Source: a virus (lineage: Duplodnaviria > Caudoviricetes). Taken from it: a DNA stretch of 64,000 nt. The stretch covers positions 17,703 through 81,702 of the IMG/VR virus record IMGVR_UViG_3300002839_000006; one strand, written 5' to 3'. The notes beneath the pieces are model-generated. The model was not told where the DNA came from, made no database searches, and was given only the letters and a program-made list of their open reading frames with translations. The position numbers and the translations under genes were made by a program. This document shows positions 56,900 through 64,000 of the stretch, one piece after another (positions within the stretch are counted from its first letter, which is position 1; each line of letters begins with the position of its first letter).

Positions 56900-57780
56900 A
56901 TCTTATCACCTCCTATGTAGTATGAGCCCTTATACTTCTCGCAGTCGAGCATGAGCTCCTGCTTAGTCTTATCGTGTAATGTCCACTCATCTGTATATCC
57001 CTCGATAGCGTGATCCTCATCTCGTTTGAAGATGCAGTTTGCGGCGTACCCCTTTCTAAGATGCAGGCACTTGCCATTGTCATCGTGCGACACGAAATAG
57101 GACGCCATGTATGGGAATTTATCTACTATCAGATTCCTCATCTGCTCAGCCATGGCATTCATCTCTGGGTGCTCCTCTTGGGAGTCGGTACGCTTGCCAT
57201 AGATCGACAGTAGGGTGGGCAGAGCGACTGCTACGTATATCCAAGAAGGTATCGTCTTAGGGAGGCAGAACCTTGCGTCAGTGTTTGCTATCTCTCCAGA
57301 GTCGAGCATGTCGGCGTACAGCCTCTTTCCCTGTTGGACCCATTCTTCGTATCGTTTGAGCATGTCGGGTAGCTTGGTGAATGCCCTCGGGACAAGCACA
57401 TCTGAGTGCCTAAAATCCTTCACAGCCTGTGACTGCTGCATGTATGCTATGCCTATCCTGTTCCTGACTAGGGCGTGCGTTCCGTGCAGGGAGAGTCCCT
57501 TGACTATGAAGCAGAACTGAGGGTGCTCCATGCCCTGGCCGAGTATCTTTCCCGAGAATAGGTCATTGACCACTTCGTCCCTGTCTTCTGGAGTAGCATT
57601 GTCGTAGAAGTTCTCAAACCAAGATGCCTGGCTCATGTTCACGAATACTCGTTTCAATCTCTCTGGATCTGGCCAGTCGATCATGTCCACTTGGACTGCA
57701 GATAGGTTGTCGATGAACTTAGTCTTCGGTATCTCTCCTTGTTTAATCTCAAACATTCTCTTTATCTTCTCTATTTTCAT
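56896..57780 (-). CDS. Divergent ThyX-like flavoprotein
   Basis: MEH..F.F...G.S...TH.LVRNR.G..Y.QQSQA, DAR.CLP, R......PE...MA..M: ThyX layout with the RHR and S.R motifs altered. Confidence 0.75.
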   Translation of the reverse strand: MKIEKIKRMFEIKQGEIPKTKFIDNLSAVQVDMIDWPDPERLKRVFVNMSQASWFENFYDNATPEDRDEVVNDLFSGKILGQGMEHPQFCFIVKGLSLHGTHALVRNRIGIAYMQQSQAVKDFRHSDVLVPRAFTKLPDMLKRYEEWVQQGKRLYADMLDSGEIANTDARFCLPKTIPSWIYVAVALPTLLSIYGKRTDSQEEHPEMNAMAEQMRNLIVDKFPYMASYFVSHDDNGKCLHLRKGYAANCIFKRDEDHAIEGYTDEWTLHDKTKQELMLDCEKYKGSYYIGGDKI

Positions 57781-57782
57781 TT

Positions 57783-59024
57783 TTACTGCTGTTTTTGTTT
57801 CTCATATCTCTCTGTGACTTTCTTTGATTTCATCTCGAATAACTCAATGAACTTCTGGGGAGTTATGTCCCACATCAGGCAGATGTTGACGAAGTACTTG
57901 AACGCATCTATGAGCTCTTCGGATAATAGATCTATGTCCACCGTCTTCTTCGGCTTGTGCTGCTTGTAGTTAATCTCATTCATCACTTCGGATAGCTCTA
58001 TGATCATGGCTGTGAAGTAGTCCTTCGTGAGCGATTCCCTCTGATGAGTCTCGGTCAGGCTGTTGAAGTCCACGAAATTGGAAGTGAATCTCTTCTGCAT
58101 GTTCCAGATGTTGGACATATCGAATGATGATAGAGCCTTCTCAATGACATCCTGCTGCTTGAATGAGTGGTCCCAAGTGGCGAACCTGCCCACAAACTCC
58201 ACTCTGTTAGGAGGTATGTTATTGCTGTCAGAGAATATGAGTCCATCGATCTCGTGATAGAAGTCCAACACTGCTGCTCCAGTAGGGAGATGCTCTACGC
58301 AGTCCTCTTGAGATAGCCTCCCTGAGAACTCATATAGGAATGCGTCAGACTGGTCCCTCCTACGCTTTGATATTCTGGTGTACTTGACATCTGCGTCCAC
58401 AAAATAAGCGAGGTCGAACTTCTCTTTCGAGAGGCAATCAGGTAGCTTATCGCACAATAGGAAGGTTATCGTCTCAGATTTCAGCTCCTCGGTCCTCTGC
58501 TGGTAGTACATGCCCCAGAATGCTCTGGCGCTGATAGTCGAGACCAGCTTGTCATATTTGTATCGAGTGTCGTGAGTGATGATCTCTGTCTCAGTTATCT
58601 TGATGACCGTCTCATTTATGACCTCTACTCCCTCTCTCAGTCTGGATAGGATGTCCTGGAACGATACTTCGAAGACTGAGATGAAGTTGTCGCTGGTGCT
58701 GAGCGAGAGGTCTTTAGCGTCGAACTCAGGGTCGTTGAGCTTCTTCGATATGAACTTCTTCTTGTCCTCTATCGTGAGCTTTGTCAATATCTTGTCAGAC
58801 TTGACATATTTTATGAGCTGCGTCTTCTTTACTATTGGGAGCTTGAGGTCCTCGAGCAGCCTCTCGGTGAATGGAGTGGCGTGTAGGTAGAATATGTTCT
58901 CGAAGAATTTGTTGTTGAGCTTGCCCCCGATATCTGGGGATATGATCGTGAAATCTCTGTTGTAGTAAGCGTATATTAGGCCGCTTATGCCTGCGCCGAG
59001 GATATAGTTATCTCTCACTCTCAT
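57783..59024 (-). CDS. Fusion of an FAD-dependent oxidoreductase (Glf/amine-oxidase-like) and an all-alpha dUTPase/dCTPase-like domain
   Basis: N: ILGAGISGL...IGG, LVSTI, VGRFATW.H....DVI. C: ELSEV.NE..YKQHK...EELID..KY. Confidence 0.75.
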   Translation of the reverse strand: MRVRDNYILGAGISGLIYAYYNRDFTIISPDIGGKLNNKFFENIFYLHATPFTERLLEDLKLPIVKKTQLIKYVKSDKILTKLTIEDKKKFISKKLNDPEFDAKDLSLSTSDNFISVFEVSFQDILSRLREGVEVINETVIKITETEIITHDTRYKYDKLVSTISARAFWGMYYQQRTEELKSETITFLLCDKLPDCLSKEKFDLAYFVDADVKYTRISKRRRDQSDAFLYEFSGRLSQEDCVEHLPTGAAVLDFYHEIDGLIFSDSNNIPPNRVEFVGRFATWDHSFKQQDVIEKALSSFDMSNIWNMQKRFTSNFVDFNSLTETHQRESLTKDYFTAMIIELSEVMNEINYKQHKPKKTVDIDLLSEELIDAFKYFVNICLMWDITPQKFIELFEMKSKKVTERYEKQKQQ

Positions 59025-59325
59025 CTTTCAGAATCTTTGCTATTATGAATATTGCATAGTTTGCGCAATCGATGGCTGAGTCCAGAGCCACCTCTCTGTT
59101 GATTATCTGCTCTTGTCCGCTCTCCATGCTCATCTGGAGCTTGAATCGCTTCATCTTGTTGAGCACCTGATAGTAGAGGAACATATAGTCGTCTCCGAGA
59201 TAGGTGTCTCCATACTGATCTGCTCTATCTGCTCTGGTGATGAGCACTCTATCGAGAGCATCTAGGAACTCCTGGCCCAGTTTGGATGAGTCAGGAGTCA
59301 CCGTGATCTGATTTACTTCTGGCAT
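59008..59325 (-). CDS. Second DUF1599/Nmad1-like protein
   Basis: R..QYGD...NK.KR...E..LDS.ID.ANYAI. Confidence 0.65.
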   Translation of the reverse strand: MPEVNQITVTPDSSKLGQEFLDALDRVLITRADRADQYGDTYLGDDYMFLYYQVLNKMKRFKLQMSMESGQEQIINREVALDSAIDCANYAIFIIAKILKDESER

Positions 59326-60149
59326 TTAGATGCCTCTTTCATGAAGTGTCCCAAGCCCTCTACTTTGATGGACAGCCAGTACTTGCCCTTATCAGTCTTG
59401 ACAGATACAACTTTGCCCTTCAGCTCCTGATTAGAAGCCAGCTTGGAGTTCTTGGCAGATGTGAATGTCACATCATCGCCCTTGGCGAAAATACATGCAA
59501 GCATGTCATCTGACGATGCTGCAGGAGCTTTCTTGTCTTTGGCAATGTTCTTATCAGCCTCTTTCGTCTTGATGACTGGAGCGTCTGCTTTTGCGATCTT
59601 CATGGATGCTGGAGGCAGCGAGGTACGAGTAGATGTTTTTACTTCAATAGGGGCAACTTCTTGCTCTTCTACCTGTTCTACTTCCTGTTCTTCAACTGAT
59701 GGCTGCTCAAGGAGCTCAGCGAGCACTGCCTTCTTTGATTCTTTCTTTACTTCCTCAACTTGCTCCTGAGGAACTTCTTTCTTCTTCATATTGCTTTTAG
59801 ATTTTGCGTTCTTGTCCAATTCGACGTCCATAGTGTGGAACATCTTTACTTTTTCGCTTCCGTCCAGCAGAGCATACGCATACTGGTCGTCCTCGATTGA
59901 TTTGAATTTTGTAATTGTGCCAGGGAACCACTTGCCCCCTACCCTGAAATTTGCCCTGTCATCTGCTGCGATGATATCGCTGTTGCGATCAGTGTATTCA
60001 TCAGATGCTGGCGTTGCAGCCTGAGCTACTTTGATCTTCTCGATTAATTTAACTTTATCCATTATTCCTGTTTTTGTTATTCCTAATAGTGTTGCTTCTT
60101 TCCCCAACTGGATGGTGGTCATGTTTCTCAATTCTCTGTCAGTTCTCAT
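59313..60149 (-). CDS. Hypothetical protein with short N-terminal helical motif and two SH3-like domains
   Basis: LR.M...QL...A..LGI...K..LI; beta-rich domains separated by an E/K/A/P linker. Confidence 0.6.
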   Translation of the reverse strand: MRTDRELRNMTTIQLGKEATLLGITKTGIMDKVKLIEKIKVAQAATPASDEYTDRNSDIIAADDRANFRVGGKWFPGTITKFKSIEDDQYAYALLDGSEKVKMFHTMDVELDKNAKSKSNMKKKEVPQEQVEEVKKESKKAVLAELLEQPSVEEQEVEQVEEQEVAPIEVKTSTRTSLPPASMKIAKADAPVIKTKEADKNIAKDKKAPAASSDDMLACIFAKGDDVTFTSAKNSKLASNQELKGKVVSVKTDKGKYWLSIKVEGLGHFMKEASKCQK

Positions 60150-60228
60150 GGTTGATATCTTATAGTTGTGACTCTGTAAAAGTATAACATTTATACTTCT
60201 ATTTTACAAATGATATAAAATAAAAGTG

Positions 60229-60251
60229 AAATTTGTAAAGATTATAGATAA
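60229..60251. promoter_or_regulatory. Degenerate 23-bp palindromic site, 52 bp from TAAAAGT variant box at 60177
   Basis: AAATTTGTAA-AGA-TTATAGATAA; lies upstream of the base-modification operon. Confidence 0.45.
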
Positions 60252-60256
60252 TAGTT

Positions 60257-60282
60257 GAAATGAGCAGAAGAGTATCTGCTCA
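60257..60282 (-). terminator. Probable terminator
   Basis: TGAGCAGA-6nt-TCTGCTCA (60261-60282) followed by TTTC on the minus strand. Confidence 0.55.
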
Positions 60283-60377
60283 TGTGACGTTCAGTATCAA
60301 ATGCTTTTTAGGTAAGACAAAACCTTCACGAAGTTCTTTGAATTTTACGAGCATATTGCGAAATTGGGTTTGATTAT

Positions 60378-61637
60378 TTATTTAATATCTCCATTCTTAT
60401 CCCACCCTTTATCTCCTTCAAGATTATTATCAGGAGTTTTGGTTTTAAGAATGTCTTGATATCTGATTTTGAATTTCTTTGCTACTTCTTTAGCTGCCTT
60501 GATACTGCATTGATTAGATGACATTGCAGCAAATGTTTTATAAAGAGATTTCTTACGATCTCTAAATTCCCTGTTAGCTTCTTCAAGTGAATTGTCTTCC
60601 TTCTTCTCTTCTACTGGTTTTACTTCTTCTTTCTTGGGTTCAGGCTTAGCTTTACTATCAGCTAATAATGCAATGAATCTTTTAACTCTTAAATCATTAT
60701 ATTTAACTCTCAACTCATCAATTTTATCTTTAGCTTTCACTCCTTCACTTGTCATAAAATAATCATAATCACTCTTAATATTTTTTGCTTTAAATTCTTT
60801 ATCTAATGCGTTAATTTTATTTAATAAAACAATTTCTTCCTTGGGAACTTCAACTTTGAATTCTTCTTCTTTCTTGGGTTCAGACTTAGCATACCTAGAC
60901 TGTTTTTCTTGAATTAATGAACGCAACATTTTTGAAGCTGAAGCATTAAGAATTGTATGTCTGGATATAGAAGTAAGGGTGTCTAAACGATATTTTAAAT
61001 CTCTATCTGAAAGTTCTGAAACTTTTTCATGTTCTGAATTATCTATAGAAGATATTAATTCCCTTTTCATATAAAATTCATCTTTCTCTTCTTTACTTTT
61101 CTCTTCCTTCTCATCAAACTTCTTCAGATAGTCTGGACTAAATGACTTTACTTCACCATCAGGAAGTTTAACTTTAATAAAAGTAGGTTGACTAATCAAA
61201 TCTGTTTTCTCTTCCCCAACTACTTCTAATGTTTTTCCTTTTAAATCAGATAAAGACACTAGATTAATATCATCGCCTAATTTAACCTTATCTCCAACTT
61301 TAAAATCATATGTAGGTTTCTCTTCAGGAGCAGTTCTAGCAGCCCAATCAATTTTCTTAGGTTCTTCTTTCTTTTCTTCAGTCTTAGGTGTTTCAGGATG
61401 ATCTTTGTCACCTTTCTTAACTCTTACCCAGTCTTTATGGCCATCGCCAGTGTCTGTCATCTTCTTCCATGTCCCGGCTGAGTTCACGTGGATCGTCCCG
61501 ATGGGAGATTTCTTAGCCTTCTCGATATCAGTCTCTACTCTCTTCACAAGATCGGGAGTGGCCTCACTGCCATAAAAAGATTTTAGTATCTCTTTCTGTT
61601 GTTCTTGTGCTTTGCGGATGTCGTCTTCTATGCTCAT
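60378..61637 (-). CDS. Head-associated family protein 4
   Basis: DIEKAKKSPIGTIHVNSAGTWKKMTDTGDGHKDWVRVK; KOW/SH3-like domain; EPKKEE linkers. Confidence 0.7.
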   Translation of the reverse strand: MSIEDDIRKAQEQQKEILKSFYGSEATPDLVKRVETDIEKAKKSPIGTIHVNSAGTWKKMTDTGDGHKDWVRVKKGDKDHPETPKTEEKKEEPKKIDWAARTAPEEKPTYDFKVGDKVKLGDDINLVSLSDLKGKTLEVVGEEKTDLISQPTFIKVKLPDGEVKSFSPDYLKKFDEKEEKSKEEKDEFYMKRELISSIDNSEHEKVSELSDRDLKYRLDTLTSISRHTILNASASKMLRSLIQEKQSRYAKSEPKKEEEFKVEVPKEEIVLLNKINALDKEFKAKNIKSDYDYFMTSEGVKAKDKIDELRVKYNDLRVKRFIALLADSKAKPEPKKEEVKPVEEKKEDNSLEEANREFRDRKKSLYKTFAAMSSNQCSIKAAKEVAKKFKIRYQDILKTKTPDNNLEGDKGWDKNGDIK

Positions 61638-61681
61638 TTTGTTGAATATTTTGTAGCGTTAAAATTATTAATTAAAATTCA

Positions 61682-61858
61682 TTACACTTCGTTTACATCA
61701 ATGTTTTTCTTTTTATCAGGCCAGCTTTTACTAATAAGTTTAGTGGGATTAATTTTACTCAACTTTAATAGAGCTTTCTTTTTGGCTTCAGTTTTATTTT
61801 TGGCAAAAAGTTTAATTGTAACAGTTTCCAATTCAATATCAATTTCAAATGGTTTCAT
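61682..61858 (-). CDS. Small basic protein (58 aa, absent from the ORF track)
   Basis: Manual translation MKPFEIDIELETVTIKLFAKNKTEAKKKALLKLSKINPTKLISKSWPDKKKNIDVNEV*; follows the box at 61882. Confidence 0.6.
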   Translation of the reverse strand: MKPFEIDIELETVTIKLFAKNKTEAKKKALLKLSKINPTKLISKSWPDKKKNIDVNEV

Positions 61859-61931
61859 GATCTTCTCTTTTTAATTTGCCATAAAATTAATAATTAAACT
61901 GATACGAAAAATATAAATCTTATATTTCTCA

Positions 61932-61954
61932 TAATTTATAATCGTTATTGATTA
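61932..61954. promoter_or_regulatory. 23-bp palindromic site, 50 bp from TAAAATT box at 61882
   Basis: TAATTTATAA-TCG-TTATTGATTA. Confidence 0.55.
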
Positions 61955-62452
61955 GATGTCCCAATCGACCAACGAGTCAGTCAGTATTCTAGATACATAG
62001 GAGTAATTGAACTGCTCCAATTCTCCCTTTACTTTTACTGTGACGCTATTATCTGAGAACATATTCTTAATGACGGGCAGGTCGAGATATTCACTGTCGA
62101 GTTTGATCCTCACTTTCACTCCCTCTCGGAAGAAATAGATTGAGTCCCAACGTCCCATTATAGACTTTGACTTCTCATCTCTATACTCAAAATTAGGGAG
62201 GCCATACTCAGCAAAAAACTCTCTGATACATCGTTCTTTTGTGCTGTTGCTGTTGAAGATAGAAGGCAAGTTATTCTTCTCACTTATCTTCTCAATCTTG
62301 TCCCTCTTGCAGATACAATAGTTCTTATACTTCTCTGAGAAAGGTTTCGGGTAGATCTTCGAACGTACATAATAGGAGATGAATTCTTGTTGAAGTACAG
62401 AATAGAAGTCTATTAACGAAAGATCCCTTGACTTGGTTACTGGTTGTTCCAT
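61952..62452 (-). CDS. Hypothetical protein
   Basis: 166-aa ORF. Confidence 0.65.
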   Translation of the reverse strand: MEQPVTKSRDLSLIDFYSVLQQEFISYYVRSKIYPKPFSEKYKNYCICKRDKIEKISEKNNLPSIFNSNSTKERCIREFFAEYGLPNFEYRDEKSKSIMGRWDSIYFFREGVKVRIKLDSEYLDLPVIKNMFSDNSVTVKVKGELEQFNYSYVSRILTDSLVDWDI

Positions 62453-62480
62453 TTTATTTATCTATGTTCGTCTAATCATT

Positions 62481-63992
62481 TTATTTATATTTTATCAATA
62501 GTTTCTTATTCATCACATCATCAGTGAATCCTCCTATTGTTTTTCTATAATCTTCACGCCAAAAGAAAGGCATTCCTCCATCATCTCCATTAGACATTAG
62601 TTCGTAGAATTTCTTAAGCCAATTTCTTTTGTCTTCCATACTTATATCTGAATGAATTCTTACCTTACGACCTTGCTCATCTTTAGTAAACTGATTATAT
62701 TTTTTAGCAAGTAAAACTAGTCCAGAGGGTAATGCATTATGCTTAACTTCAACTTCTGACTCAGCAAGCCATTTATTAGCTAATATATCTATGTAATAAT
62801 CGCCAAGATTATCAATATCACTTGGATTTAATGAAGCGCGATATCTAGGACCATCCCCTCTATGATAACCACCCACAAGATTGTTTAATCTATTATCAAA
62901 TTTACAAGGCAAAACTTTTATTTCTCTACCTGCCTTTTTCAACGCTGCGTTAAAAGAATCTGCTTCCTTTATAGAACTTACAAAAATGCTATCAACATCA
63001 TCTATAGACAGCTTCCCATATATTTGAGCTTCCATATATGAAGAAACAGATGCTTCTGTAAATTCATCAATATTTTTAGCTTCATTTATTTTATTCCACA
63101 TATCTGAGTTAGGATCATTATTATTAATGCCCCAAATGAGTTTATCATCTACATCATTTAATTTAGTAGGGGGCGCTACAGAAGTTAAATCTATTTGACC
63201 TTTATACGAGATAGAACCATTATCATTGAACGAATCTCCCAAAGTAATACTAGTTCTATCTTTGACAGCAGATGTCTTAAATTTTACATATGCATTTCCA
63301 TAATTTCCTTCGGAGATAGGTTCATAACTCATCTCTTCTTTTGAAGAAATAAATCCGTATTTTGGAAAATTATCTGCTTCGCTTGAATTAGCTTCTGTAT
63401 CTATGCCAAAAATAAACTTCTCTTTCAGCGTTCTCTCTTCTCCAATCGTTTTAAAAGACCCTTTTCCCGTTTCAAGACTATTTTTAAATGCGTCTGATTT
63501 ATTAATAATCTCTCTAATAAGCGTTCCACTCTTAATAGCCATATAAACGGCACTGTCATTAATAAAACTTTTTAATTTTTTCTCTAAATTCTCTTTGCCT
63601 CCTAATTTATCATATAGTTCATTTTGATCTTTAAATTTTCCTTTTGATGTTTTTTGAAACATTTCTGATGTCGTCAGATTCTCCCTAGCAATATTAAAAT
63701 TTTTCGGGAAACTCTCATTCATTTTAATTTTCTCTGATTTTAATTCTGATTTTGAACACTCTTCCTTCTCTTCGATTTTAGATTCAGACTTAACTTTTTT
63801 CTCCAAAACCCAATCCTTGTGACCATTACCAGTATCAGATACTTTGACCCAAGTTCCTTGTTTATTAACGTGAATAGCTCCAATAGGAGACTTCTTTCCC
63901 TTTTCGATATCAATATTGATCGTAAACGACTTCGCGATCCACTCTCTCTGTAAATTAATACCCTCTTGAATCGATTTAAAAATATCTTCCAT
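62481..63992 (-). CDS. Head-associated family protein 5 with DUF3626-like (possible ADP-ribosyltransferase-fold) domain
   Basis: N-terminal DIEKGKKSPIGAIHVNKQGTWVKVSDTGNGHKDWVLEK; internal PKYGF...YG...F...VKDRTSIT.GDS...YMEAQIYG.L...DV..I. Confidence 0.7.
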   Translation of the reverse strand: MEDIFKSIQEGINLQREWIAKSFTINIDIEKGKKSPIGAIHVNKQGTWVKVSDTGNGHKDWVLEKKVKSESKIEEKEECSKSELKSEKIKMNESFPKNFNIARENLTTSEMFQKTSKGKFKDQNELYDKLGGKENLEKKLKSFINDSAVYMAIKSGTLIREIINKSDAFKNSLETGKGSFKTIGEERTLKEKFIFGIDTEANSSEADNFPKYGFISSKEEMSYEPISEGNYGNAYVKFKTSAVKDRTSITLGDSFNDNGSISYKGQIDLTSVAPPTKLNDVDDKLIWGINNNDPNSDMWNKINEAKNIDEFTEASVSSYMEAQIYGKLSIDDVDSIFVSSIKEADSFNAALKKAGREIKVLPCKFDNRLNNLVGGYHRGDGPRYRASLNPSDIDNLGDYYIDILANKWLAESEVEVKHNALPSGLVLLAKKYNQFTKDEQGRKVRIHSDISMEDKRNWLKKFYELMSNGDDGGMPFFWREDYRKTIGGFTDDVMNKKLLIKYK

Positions 63993-64000
63993 CTAAATTG

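Noticed and set aside
635-61874. All plus-strand ORFs in the track (for example 8252-8770, 24572-24952, 31453-31860)
   Set aside because: They are antisense shadows of longer minus-strand genes with recognisable motifs, are Ser/Phe/Leu-rich as expected from reverse-read Lys/Glu codons, and show no domains.
1-64000. CRISPR array, reverse transcriptase/DGR, integrase or transposase
   Set aside because: I found no regularly spaced repeat-spacer units, no YxDD RT motif, no template/variable repeat pair and no recombinase motif.
1-64000. Stop-codon reassignment as seen in some Bacteroidota phages
   Set aside because: Long conserved genes (DnaE, NrdJ, LigA, portal) are intact in the standard code, and TAA, TGA and TAG all terminate genes.

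Overview
This 64-kb window is a fragment of a large (probably jumbo) tailed phage genome, and every credible gene lies on the minus strand. The host is inferred to be Bacteroidota, from MKK-hydrophobic-Ala/Ser/Gly|Gln signal peptides, AT-rich leaders without Shine-Dalgarno motifs and a TAnnTTT(G/A)-like box. From left to right it holds: (1) a run of signal-peptide-bearing fibre/spike-like proteins (1-7600); (2) a head module with an SPO1/Herelleviridae-type portal and a decoration-like protein; (3) a circularly permuted two-piece tmRNA with tRNA-Pro; (4) a long run of small accessory genes with tRNA-Ile; (5) class II ribonucleotide reductase, GroEL, RNase H and SSB; (6) a SNF2 helicase, an HTH initiator with iteron-like repeats and an NAD ligase; (7) a recombination block (RuvC-like, SbcC/SbcD, RecA, gp32-like, UvsY-like); and (8) ThyX, DnaE and a GC-richer cluster that looks like an uncharacterised DNA base-modification pathway. 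That cluster comprises an MBD4-like glycosylase fused to a thymidylate-synthase-like domain, a divergent ThyX paralogue, an FAD oxidoreductase fused to an all-alpha dNTPase, and two DUF1599/Nmad1 proteins. Two window-wide systems also stand out. Five scattered proteins share an N-terminal DI(E/I)K[GA]-(P)IGT..K..W module but carry different C-terminal domains, including a zincin and a DUF3626-like domain. A 23-bp palindrome recurs at fixed spacing upstream of a promoter-like box. All family assignments are by eye from motifs; no database search was run.
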